From Candidatus Heimdallarchaeota archaeon (GTDB taxonomy: Archaea > Asgardarchaeota > Heimdallarchaeia > Heimdallarchaeales > Heimdallarchaeaceae), in assembly GCA_030603365.1 (NCBI GenBank), contig JAUVXV010000001.1, positions 256,001 to 320,000 on the forward strand: a DNA stretch of 64,000 nt, read 5' to 3'. The notes under the pieces are model-generated. The model did no database searches. It had not been told where the DNA came from and was given only the letters and a program-made list of their open reading frames with translations. Made by a program: the position numbers and the translations under genes. Shown here one piece after another: positions 49,892 through 58,919 of the stretch (position 1 is its first letter; every line of letters starts with the position of its first letter).

Positions 49892-51414
49892 TTTTCTTCC
49901 CCCTCTTTCAAATTCTTTCCTAAGGCATTTTTTAGAAGTTCATTGTTGAAAGTTTCAGCACTTAAAAATGAAGCAATTCTTCCTTCATTGAGATAAATGA
50001 TAGAATCTACAATTCCACCTAACCAATCCCAATCGTGTGAAATTATAATTATGGTTTTATTATCTTCTTTAAGTTCTGAAATCTTATCTTTTATCCAAGT
50101 TTTGTTTTGCTGATCCATTCCAACTGTAATTTCATCAATCAGAATAATATCTGGTTGATGGTGATTCGAAACAAGAAATACAAGTCTTCTCTTCTCGCCA
50201 TAAGATAGAGAATGGGGATTGTATGAATCATAATTTTCTAAACCACATTCTATGAGATTGGATGAAATTTCTGTTCCATGATATTCATGACCTAGATTAT
50301 TTGAGATAAGGGCAATTTCGTCCTTTACTGTACTCTCGAAGAATTGCTTATCAGGGTCTTGAAAGACTACTCCAATCTTTTTAGTTAACTCATTCCAGGA
50401 AATATTATTAATAGGTTCTCCAAAAATACTGACTTTACCTGAATGTGGTTCCAACAACCCACATAGAATCTTCAAGAGAGTTGTTTTACCAGATCCATTA
50501 TCTCCTATAATGCCAATAACATTTCCCTTTTGGATAGAAAAAGAAATATTCTGTAAATGAAAATTGTCCGAATATCTAAAACTTAGATTCTCTATCTCAA
50601 TTGCAACATCTTCAGGTGTTTGTACTTTCATGTTCTCCTTAATATTCAGGAATTGTTTCTCAAAGTCAACCTTTGCGTATTCCTTTTCTTGTTTCTGTAT
50701 GGTAGTATCGTCCTGTATTCGTCCTCCAGAAATGTGAATGAGACGAGTTGCAATTGGTAAATACGTTTTATAATCATGAGTAGTTATTATTAGTGTTTTT
50801 CCTGAATTATGAAAATCTTTGAACATAGATAAAATCAGCTTCTTATTCTTACGATCAAGGTTTGCCAAAGGTTCATCTGCAATGATTACATCAGGATTGT
50901 TTATTGTTGCGCTACTAAAGGAGACTAATTGTTTTTCACCTTCTGAAAGTTCGTGAATTTTTCTTGTAAGTAAGTCACTAGTATTTAATTTCAGAGAATG
51001 AGATTCTAGCTTCTTGATTATTTCTAATTCATCCATTTTCTCCATATATTCAAGAGGAAAGGCAAGTTCACTGAAAACGTAAGGTGTTACAAATGAATTA
51101 TCAATCCTTTGAGGGATATATCCTATATTCTTTGAGTGTTCTGATAATTGTACTTCAGAAATATCTTTATTTTTATACAGTGATTTGCCCTTTATATCTC
51201 CAGAATAGAAGAATGGAATGAGACCAAGTACTGAATATGCGATAGTACTTTTTCCTGAACCACTAGCTCCTGTAATTATTACAAACTCTCCTTCAGAAAT
51301 TGAAAGTTCTATATCGGTTAAAGTGGGTTGCTCTCTCAAAAAATAACTAAAACTGTATTCTGCAAAGGAGATAAGTGAACTTTTCAATTTTTCTCCTCCA
51401 GCAATCAGTATCAA
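49888..51414 (-). CDS. ECF transporter duplicated ATPase
   Basis: Two Walker A motifs (GASGSGKS, GDNGSGKT), LSEGEKQ/LSYGEKR, and DEP/DEI. Confidence 0.9.
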   Translation of the reverse strand: MILIAGGEKLKSSLISFAEYSFSYFLREQPTLTDIELSISEGEFVIITGASGSGKSTIAYSVLGLIPFFYSGDIKGKSLYKNKDISEVQLSEHSKNIGYIPQRIDNSFVTPYVFSELAFPLEYMEKMDELEIIKKLESHSLKLNTSDLLTRKIHELSEGEKQLVSFSSATINNPDVIIADEPLANLDRKNKKLILSMFKDFHNSGKTLIITTHDYKTYLPIATRLIHISGGRIQDDTTIQKQEKEYAKVDFEKQFLNIKENMKVQTPEDVAIEIENLSFRYSDNFHLQNISFSIQKGNVIGIIGDNGSGKTTLLKILCGLLEPHSGKVSIFGEPINNISWNELTKKIGVVFQDPDKQFFESTVKDEIALISNNLGHEYHGTEISSNLIECGLENYDSYNPHSLSYGEKRRLVFLVSNHHQPDIILIDEITVGMDQQNKTWIKDKISELKEDNKTIIIISHDWDWLGGIVDSIIYLNEGRIASFLSAETFNNELLKNALGKNLKEGEEK

Positions 51415-52421
51415 GACTGCTTAATTTCCTCCATAATAATATTAGAAAAGAGTTCAAGTAATTCTTCTGTTTCATTTGGTAGTTTGTTTGTTTTAAGTAA
51501 ATTAATACCTGCAGCTGTCGAATGTCCTCCTCCTGAACCTGGAAACATACTTGTTATTTTATTCGCCATATCTCCGAGATTGACATTATTCTGTTTAGCA
51601 AAATCATTTGTGCATCTCATACTCATCCTGATTTCTTTATCTGGCTGAACTGCAATTGTGAGTGCAAAATCTGCACCTAAACTTATCAAAGCTCTTGCTA
51701 ACGAAGATTCATAACTACTGACATAAGATATGGTAAAGATGTGATTATTTATTTTGAAGAATTTCAATCGTCTTGCTCCTTTTATGCGAGCAATTTTTTC
51801 TGGAATCTTCATTGGTTGATGAAGAGTTGAAAGAGTTTCCTCGTAATTTCCACCATTCTCAATAAGAAATTGCACAATTTTGAAAGTAGATTCAGAAATG
51901 TATCTGAATCGTCTAGAATCAAATAAAATTCCAACTAATAGTATTGTAGCTAGATCTGCTGTGAGAGGTGCATCTAAGTCTAAATAGAATTGTGAAATTA
52001 TCTCTGAAGAAGAAGATAATTGTTTTATGATTGAAACTCTAGCTTTTTGTGTAAATTCATGAAACGAATGATGATCAATAATGAACAAAGGAATTTGTTC
52101 TATGATACCTTCCTCAAAATCAAACTCTCCTATTTGCATAAGATTGTTTGTATCACATAAGAAAATAGCTTCTAAACGTTTATTCAACAATCTAGCATGA
52201 AAAAGTTCGTTTCTAATAGTTAGCATGTTTTTCGATAATGTGCTTATTGTAGACGCAAATAGATCTACTGTTAATGAAGGAATAAAATGAATTAGTAGAT
52301 CTTTTAAGCCAATAGCACAAGCTATTGAATCGGGATCTGCATTTTGATGAGTAAAAACACTAGCATTCGAAATTTTTTCTTTCTTCAAAATTTCTATGAT
52401 TTTCATGAATTTTTCAGACAT
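51411..52421 (-). CDS. DHH/DHHA1 phosphoesterase
   Basis: HQNADPD, IDHH and GGGH..AAG motifs. Confidence 0.92.
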   Translation of the reverse strand: MSEKFMKIIEILKKEKISNASVFTHQNADPDSIACAIGLKDLLIHFIPSLTVDLFASTISTLSKNMLTIRNELFHARLLNKRLEAIFLCDTNNLMQIGEFDFEEGIIEQIPLFIIDHHSFHEFTQKARVSIIKQLSSSSEIISQFYLDLDAPLTADLATILLVGILFDSRRFRYISESTFKIVQFLIENGGNYEETLSTLHQPMKIPEKIARIKGARRLKFFKINNHIFTISYVSSYESSLARALISLGADFALTIAVQPDKEIRMSMRCTNDFAKQNNVNLGDMANKITSMFPGSGGGHSTAAGINLLKTNKLPNETEELLELFSNIIMEEIKQS

Positions 52422-52723
52422 TCTAGCTCCTCCTTTAGGGTACTCTGACCATATTCAAATATTTCTGATTGAAAATCTTCTAGTTGCGAAGACGTTAAAC
52501 TACCAGCTATTTCACAATCTAGCGCAAGAGTTAGTAGTTTATCTTCATCTTGATTCAGAATTACAAGAATGTTAAAGTCAGTAATGAGCTGCCAATATTG
52601 ATGATTTTGAATTTGCGAACAAACCTTACTTTCGATTATAGCGGCTAGATTTTCTAGCTGTTCATCGTTCAATAAATCAATACCAATGTTTTCTACTTCA
52701 AATGACATGAAATGTCTACTCAC
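52403..52723 (-). CDS. Small conserved archaeal protein (DUF3194-like)
   Basis: Position between pfdB and DHH and the L.DEQLE.LA pattern. Confidence 0.6.
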   Translation of the reverse strand: MSRHFMSFEVENIGIDLLNDEQLENLAAIIESKVCSQIQNHQYWQLITDFNILVILNQDEDKLLTLALDCEIAGSLTSSQLEDFQSEIFEYGQSTLKEELECLKNS

Positions 52724-52754
52724 ACATTATTAGAAATTCTATTTTGGAAAGTAA

Positions 52755-53093
52755 TTATTTTCCCATAAGCTTATCTTGTAGTTCCTTTACTGAAGCAACT
52801 AGTTTCTTTTCTCTATTTGTTAATGATGTGATTTTAACTTCATTCTTTTCTTGTTGTTCTGCAAGAAGTTTCTTTACATCTTCAACCTTAGTCTGGAATA
52901 GTAGTCTTCCTGCAGACCGATAGACTGCAGTAGAAGGATCCATATCCTTGGTTTCCTTTAGTGCAATTTCAATATCACGTTTTTCTAATTCCAACTGCTG
53001 AAGATTCATTCGAATTGCTTCTAGTTGTTGAACAAGTTGATTAAAACGTTGAATATCTTCTTGTTGTTCTGGAGTTAATTGTTGTGTTGCCAT
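52755..53093 (-). CDS. pfdB: Prefoldin beta subunit
   Basis: Coiled coil - VYRSAGRLLF hairpin - coiled coil. Confidence 0.92.
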   Translation of the reverse strand: MATQQLTPEQQEDIQRFNQLVQQLEAIRMNLQQLELEKRDIEIALKETKDMDPSTAVYRSAGRLLFQTKVEDVKKLLAEQQEKNEVKITSLTNREKKLVASVKELQDKLMGK

Positions 53094-53228
53094 GTATGTT
53101 TCCTCTTGGCTTATTGTTAATTTATGCTTGAGTGATAATCAAATAAATGTTTTGATGTTAAAGAATCAATGCTTGAAGGTAAAAAGATAAAGAAAAAAAT
53201 AAGAAAAAGAAAGTGAAGAAATCTTTGG

Positions 53229-54365
53229 TTAAATACAGCGGTATACTGAAGTTGGTCCAACTTCTCTATATTCTTTGCGGGTAACCCACAATTTTGCGAA
53301 AGTCTTAAGCGAACTTAAGATACTACCACCTATCCACACTGAATATCTTCTTTCTGGGGGAGCAATGATTTTAACTTCCATTGTCTCTGGGACAAGTTCA
53401 GTTAGCTCTTTGTGTAAACGTTCCTTAAGACCTGGGAACATTGTTGAACCACCGGAAAGTACAATATTTGCGTAGAGATCTCTTCTTAAATCGACGTCAC
53501 AGTTTTGGATGGATCTATAAATTAATTCATCTAATGGGTTTTCTTCAGAACCAATTGCACCTGGATTGAACATTAATTCAGGAGCCATGAAACGTTCTGC
53601 ACCAATTGTGAGTGTTTCACCATCAGGTAAAGTATAAGTCTTTTCCATTCCAGAAACTTTTTCTGCTAGTTTTAGTTCTTTTTCAGGATCTAATGCTACG
53701 TAACAAAGACGTTCTTTGATGTCTCGGACGATTTCTCTCTCAGCACTGCTTGAGAGTGAGTATCCTCTTTGACGTAGAAGTCTGCGGAGATAGTCAGTTA
53801 CATCACGACCACCAATATCTGATCTGTGAATTGCGTGACTAATAGCGAATCCTTCGTATACTGGCACAATGTGGGTAACTCCGTCTCCAGAGTCTACTAC
53901 TATACCAGTTGTACGACCAGAAGCGTAAAGTGATAAAATAGCCTGCATTGAGATATACATTGCAGGAACATTGAATGTATCAAACATCAACTCTGCCATT
54001 TTCTCTTTATTCTGATTCTTGTTTAAGGGTGGTTCTGTTAAAAGAACTGGATGTTCATTAGGATTAACTCTTAAGTCGTTGTAAAAAGTATAATGCCAAA
54101 TCCTTTCCATTGCATCCCAATCTTGAACCTGTCCATGTTCGACAGGGTAGACAAGTTTCAAAACACCACGAAGGTTTATTGCTTCCTCGCCTATGTAATA
54201 TTCTCTGACGTAATGCTCAACATCAGTCATAATGATCTGATATTTTGGATAACCAATAATTGTTGGGAAAACGCTTCTTGGTTGATCTTCTCCTGCAAAA
54301 CCATTTTTTGTGAAACCAGTACCATTGTCTATAACTAGCGGTTTATTCTGAATCATCTCTTCCAT
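53229..54365 (-). CDS. Asgard actin (Lokiactin-type, eukaryote-like)
   Basis: [60 protein letters not shown] and [15 protein letters not shown] motifs. Confidence 0.97.
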   Translation of the reverse strand: MEEMIQNKPLVIDNGTGFTKNGFAGEDQPRSVFPTIIGYPKYQIIMTDVEHYVREYYIGEEAINLRGVLKLVYPVEHGQVQDWDAMERIWHYTFYNDLRVNPNEHPVLLTEPPLNKNQNKEKMAELMFDTFNVPAMYISMQAILSLYASGRTTGIVVDSGDGVTHIVPVYEGFAISHAIHRSDIGGRDVTDYLRRLLRQRGYSLSSSAEREIVRDIKERLCYVALDPEKELKLAEKVSGMEKTYTLPDGETLTIGAERFMAPELMFNPGAIGSEENPLDELIYRSIQNCDVDLRRDLYANIVLSGGSTMFPGLKERLHKELTELVPETMEVKIIAPPERRYSVWIGGSILSSLKTFAKLWVTRKEYREVGPTSVYRCI

Positions 54366-54462
54366 AGTTATCACTTTTACATGTTTTTTTTGAAGCCAAA
54401 TTTAGTTATGGTCTTATAGATTCATAACCTTCTCGTATTAAATAAATGTTATGATAGTATAA

Positions 54463-54553
54463 GCCGGATTTTACGTTATCACTAACGTAGCTTTTATAAG
54501 CAAAACTCAAGAATCTATCCTTTCGGCAGTGTAGTTCTATCTAGAACTTTTTT
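54463..54553 (+). ncRNA. Candidate ~90-nt structured RNA divergent from actin
   Basis: GCCGGA/TTCGGC closing stem, inner hairpins TACGTTA/TAACGTA and GCTT/AAGC, then AGTTCTA/TAGAACT and a U-tract. The G-U pairs favour the + strand. Confidence 0.45.
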
Positions 54554-54595
54554 CCCCTTATTTTCAAATAATAGAATTTATGTCTATAGCAGAAG

Positions 54596-55588
54596 TTAGA
54601 AACTACCATAATAGATTAGATTGTTTCGTATTTCTTCTTCAGAAAAACCTGCATTAATACCTACAGTTATCCTAATCAGATCCATAGTTTCTGCAAGCTT
54701 TAATTCAAAAAATCCTATAAGAGCATCGGATTGAAAAACGGTCCCATAACGGAAGGTTTTTCTCCAGTATTTTAATAAATATCTTTCAACTGCAAATTCC
54801 ATGTCATGAAGAGGAACATCCTTTAAACCTATGTATTGTGAAAAAATTGTCTTATAAGGAGAATAATTATAGATTTCTAGTACTTCTTGAATACTCTTAG
54901 CTTTCAACCCCTTAGCAATGAAAGCGTTTGGTAAGATATAGCGATATGCAGGGATTTCCAAGGCTAGACATCGGCATAGTGCTAATATGTTTCTCATATT
55001 AACATATGTTTCATAACGCTTAGAGACTTTTGGGAGAATACTGTAAATATATTGATCAATAGCAGATTCAAGAGGAGTGAATCTATTGGTTGCTTTGAAT
55101 TCTTCAAGAGCCTTTTTTAAATCCATTTGGAAGGATTTTTCGTTTTGCATGGATATAATTTCTTCAATTGGCATATTGATCAGACGTGAATAATAATCTA
55201 AAGAATAATCTGCAACTGGAACTAGTCGTGCTATAATTTCTTCTTGCTTCATTCCTTTATGCTTTCCTTGGAGAATAATCCGAAGATTTTCTGCATTATA
55301 CCTCTCACTAAAACGTCTAATCTTCTTCTTTACAGATGTGTTGGATTGTTTGTAGAATTTTACCAAAATTTCAGCAAAAGAGTTTTTAAAATTTCTAGCA
55401 ACATCTGACAATTGAGTTTCAAAATTAAGACTCCCAATCACACTATCATAGGGAGTTTGTGTAAATGCAGCACGTAACTCTTTAAGATTCCTTGATGATA
55501 AAAGCAAACTTAATTGAGACTTTGTTAGAAAGTTTCCAATAATCCCGTGAGCCCGTCCTAGTAAATAGCTGATGTCACCAAATGCCAT
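54596..55588 (-). CDS. atpC: A/V-type ATPase subunit C (homolog of eukaryotic V0 subunit d)
   Basis: Y...RA.G....L N-terminus, YNAENLRIIL.GK and E..DLIRI..GI. Directly downstream of subunit I. Confidence 0.8.
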   Translation of the reverse strand: MAFGDISYLLGRAHGIIGNFLTKSQLSLLLSSRNLKELRAAFTQTPYDSVIGSLNFETQLSDVARNFKNSFAEILVKFYKQSNTSVKKKIRRFSERYNAENLRIILQGKHKGMKQEEIIARLVPVADYSLDYYSRLINMPIEEIISMQNEKSFQMDLKKALEEFKATNRFTPLESAIDQYIYSILPKVSKRYETYVNMRNILALCRCLALEIPAYRYILPNAFIAKGLKAKSIQEVLEIYNYSPYKTIFSQYIGLKDVPLHDMEFAVERYLLKYWRKTFRYGTVFQSDALIGFFELKLAETMDLIRITVGINAGFSEEEIRNNLIYYGSF

Positions 55589-55589
55589 G

Positions 55590-58500
55590 TTAACTACCCT
55601 TTTCCGTCACATAATTTATGAACTTGAGCTGTTCTGTTATGGGAAGATACTCTTTTCCATCTCCAGTATAGAATTTAGAAAACCATTCAACCCAATGAAG
55701 ACGAAGGGTATTCAAGAAAGAAAGAAGTCCTTCTAAGGGTAAAATGATAAATATCGCCATTACTATTCCAACAACCCACCAAACCCATGAAACACCTAAA
55801 GCAGATACATAATGCCCATGTATCAAACCTGAATAATCTGCAAGATGCCCTAGATGGCCTACATCCAAAGACAATCCTGAAAATGTTGAGAATACTGCCA
55901 TAAGATCTACCCCTGTTAATGTAAAGGGTAATCCACTTAATATGGCATGTACGAGTAATAAAGCCATAATTCGGCTGAAGGATAAGGTATTGGAAATCAA
56001 TGCTATGATGTGATCAATTGCATCCATTATTCCATCAGATTTTGCGTGCATATATTCTAGTACAAATAAAATAGGTGTCACTCCAAGGAGATAAATAGTC
56101 CACGTTGGCATCATTGGCAAAGTGAAATGAAATACTTCAGATGTAACATCCTTTGCGATTATATTGTAAAGCATTGCAAAAATTCCAACATAAACTACGG
56201 ATAGTGATAGAGGGGCACCCCAAGATGCAAATCCGTGACCATATCGTATGTTCTGATATACCTTTAACCAAATACCCAATTGAATCATTAGAAAACCAAT
56301 AGTTAGCGCTAATACCAAAAATAGTTTGGTTTCCTCAAGAGGATTGATGAGTGGTAACCAGTTAATCCCTGCAGCATGGTACAATTCCGCAAGAAAATGT
56401 TCATCTCCTAATAATGAACCAAATAAGAACCCGAAAATCGTCGCTGCAAGTCCGCAGAAAAACAGAAGTTCGGCTCCTGCATAGAGATATCCTGTCATAG
56501 ATTCATCTGGTTGAATTTTCTTTCTTTTCTTATTAAAAACAAAGAAGGTAGCAACTAAAGAAAGAAGAATACCATGACCAACATCAGCAAACATGATTCC
56601 AAAAAGCAGTGGGAAAGTAAATCTGATAATTGAATAAGGATCAACTTCTTTAGGACTGGGTTGACCAATACCTCCAACAATACCTCTTAATGCTCCAAAG
56701 ACTTTTCCACTTTTAGTTATAGATGGATTAACAAGAGGTACTTCTGGATTGACAGATACATCTAATTCAAATGATAAAGAATCTTTCTCTTTTTCAATCA
56801 GTTTCAATTTTTGTTTAGAAATCCAACCCCAAAATACAATATTATTCTCTGAGATTTGACATTTTTCAATTGTTGAAAGCCTGTGAAGTTCATTGGAAAT
56901 AAGTTCATTAGTAGCAAGTAATTTGTCTACTGATTCTACTTTGAGTTTTTCTAATTCTGCATCTTTCTTTTCCAATTCCTTCTCTGTTTCTTTCAAAACA
57001 TCTTTCAATGAAACTTTGCGGTCTACAACAGTTATATCTGTTTCAATTGGTTGAAATGAGTATTCGTTTAATACCCTTGAAATTGCTTTGTCATATTCTT
57101 TTAGAGAAAGTACTAAAATATTTATTTGGTTTGAGTTTGAGTCTGAAGATTCAGCATCCCAGAAAACCAAATTTCCATCAGAAACTTCATTCAAGAAGAA
57201 TTTTACAGCTTTGTAATGATTTTTTGGTATAGAACCCAAATGTGTGACAGTTTGAAAACCACTCTGTAAAAGAACTGCATCGATTCCTTTTTCTTTTAGT
57301 CCTTCTTCAAATGGTAAAGAGAGTTCAATTTGATCATGTTTTCTTCGTAATTCATGATATTCTTCTGAAAATTTGAGTGTTTTTTCTTCATATTCTCTAA
57401 AGAAATTCTCAATAAAAGCTTTAGAATGACTATACTCATCTGAGATTTGGTATTTGTCAGTTTTTTTTTCCTTTTTCTCTTCAGGTTTTATAATGTCAAT
57501 TAATTTTGAGACTCTTGTTTGATATTGTGTAAGTTCTACTTGTAGATTCTTTGCCTTATCAAGAGAATTATCATCGAGGGAACCAATCTTAACAGGATGT
57601 ATACTATTAAGTGAATGAATATAAGAGATTAATTTCCTAGTATTTTCCTCTTTACTCTCTAGTTTAATAAATACTGCTTTTTTTGCAAACAGAAATCCTT
57701 CTCCTCCACCAGCATGAGGAGGATGAGGAATATGTTTACTAGTTTCTTTTTCGACTAAATCAAATGTTTTTATAGTGAAAATTTCTTGTTCCACATCTCT
57801 TTCTTTCTTGTGAGATAGTGGAACATCTTCAAGGATTCTGATATTTGCTTCAAATTCAAGATTTTTCAGATTATCATTAAATTTAGCAAAATCTTTCGAT
57901 TTTACCCATCCCCATATTGTGAAATTTTTAGAATCTGTACGTCCTTTTTCTTCTTTGGTAAGGATGGCATGAGTTTCAGTAATAATAGTAAGTTTATGTC
58001 GCAATTCATCATTTACCTTAGAGGATAAACTCTCGAAGTCTGCCTCAAATCGATCAATGTCGCCACTTACTTCAGAATGAAGTTTGGTTATTTTGGTGGT
58101 TTTACGAATTTCTTCAATAGATTTCAAAGTACCAAAATCGAATTTTGTTTCATCAAAATAATTATCTTTGAGTATCTCATAAACGCGATCTTTATACTCC
58201 TCTAAAGAGATTATAATCGCAACTTTTTTTTCTATGTCTTCTGTTAATGAACTCCAGAAGAACAATCTCCCTGCTGTAATCTCATGCAAATAGAAGACAA
58301 TGAATTCTTCATATGAACTTGGTATCTCTCCTAAAGCTGTAAATGTGCCTGCACTTGAAGAGAGTAAATCAATAGACAACTCTTCTTTCTCTATTTTATT
58401 TTGGAACAATGTTAGAACTGAAAGAATTCTTTCTTCTTTTTTTAGTTTCTTCAAGTCATTGAAATTTGTTGTCATTGATTCTTCGTGTTTTTCAAGAAAA

Positions 58501-58787
58501 GATTTCAAATCTTGACTTACTGTATCAGGATTTTGAATCTGAACTTTTTCTTCCTCCTTCAATGAGGGAAGTTCTTCTAATGGTATATTTAGAATAGAAC
58601 TCAATTGTATCAATCTTGAACCACAATCTTCCAAATCTTCCTTGAATGACTGAATACGTGCTTGTTCTTTAGGACTTTGAGGATCTACGATTATCTGTTC
58701 GTACACTTCAAGGTCAGATATGTGTGCTAGGAGTTCATTCGTATGTTTGACTGGTGTCTGAACTTTTACTAGTTTGAACTTTGCCAT
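55590..58787 (-). CDS. atpI: A/V-type ATPase subunit I (a) with tandemly duplicated N-terminal cytoplasmic domain
   Basis: EVDP, FGIMFADVGHG, SNTLSFSRIMAL and LRLHWVEWFSKFY.GDG motifs. Two aNT copies (aa ~1-324 and ~367-685). Confidence 0.92.
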   Translation of the reverse strand: MAKFKLVKVQTPVKHTNELLAHISDLEVYEQIIVDPQSPKEQARIQSFKEDLEDCGSRLIQLSSILNIPLEELPSLKEEEKVQIQNPDTVSQDLKSFLEKHEESMTTNFNDLKKLKKEERILSVLTLFQNKIEKEELSIDLLSSSAGTFTALGEIPSSYEEFIVFYLHEITAGRLFFWSSLTEDIEKKVAIIISLEEYKDRVYEILKDNYFDETKFDFGTLKSIEEIRKTTKITKLHSEVSGDIDRFEADFESLSSKVNDELRHKLTIITETHAILTKEEKGRTDSKNFTIWGWVKSKDFAKFNDNLKNLEFEANIRILEDVPLSHKKERDVEQEIFTIKTFDLVEKETSKHIPHPPHAGGGEGFLFAKKAVFIKLESKEENTRKLISYIHSLNSIHPVKIGSLDDNSLDKAKNLQVELTQYQTRVSKLIDIIKPEEKKEKKTDKYQISDEYSHSKAFIENFFREYEEKTLKFSEEYHELRRKHDQIELSLPFEEGLKEKGIDAVLLQSGFQTVTHLGSIPKNHYKAVKFFLNEVSDGNLVFWDAESSDSNSNQINILVLSLKEYDKAISRVLNEYSFQPIETDITVVDRKVSLKDVLKETEKELEKKDAELEKLKVESVDKLLATNELISNELHRLSTIEKCQISENNIVFWGWISKQKLKLIEKEKDSLSFELDVSVNPEVPLVNPSITKSGKVFGALRGIVGGIGQPSPKEVDPYSIIRFTFPLLFGIMFADVGHGILLSLVATFFVFNKKRKKIQPDESMTGYLYAGAELLFFCGLAATIFGFLFGSLLGDEHFLAELYHAAGINWLPLINPLEETKLFLVLALTIGFLMIQLGIWLKVYQNIRYGHGFASWGAPLSLSVVYVGIFAMLYNIIAKDVTSEVFHFTLPMMPTWTIYLLGVTPILFVLEYMHAKSDGIMDAIDHIIALISNTLSFSRIMALLLVHAILSGLPFTLTGVDLMAVFSTFSGLSLDVGHLGHLADYSGLIHGHYVSALGVSWVWWVVGIVMAIFIILPLEGLLSFLNTLRLHWVEWFSKFYTGDGKEYLPITEQLKFINYVTEKGS

Positions 58788-58833
58788 CTATAAGCCACCG
58801 ATACACTAAACTAATCACGATGGAGATTTGAAA

Positions 58834-58849
58834 AAGATTTTAAAATCTT
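58834..58849. promoter_or_regulatory. Perfect 16-bp palindrome centred on a TATA-like box upstream of atpI
   Basis: AAGATTTTAAAATCTT, about 50 bp upstream of the atpI start. Confidence 0.4.
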
Positions 58850-58919
58850 CCTCTCTGGCAGAAAGGGATTTACCAACATATAACAAAAACCTAAAGATAA
58901 AAAAAAGAAAAGAAAATAT

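Noticed and set aside
4907-54374. GTG/TTG starts in the ORF track for rps28e (4907), infB (6069), hsp20 (13077) and actin (54374)
   Set aside because: They coincide with the (G)GTGA Shine-Dalgarno; the ATG a few codons downstream is the likelier start.
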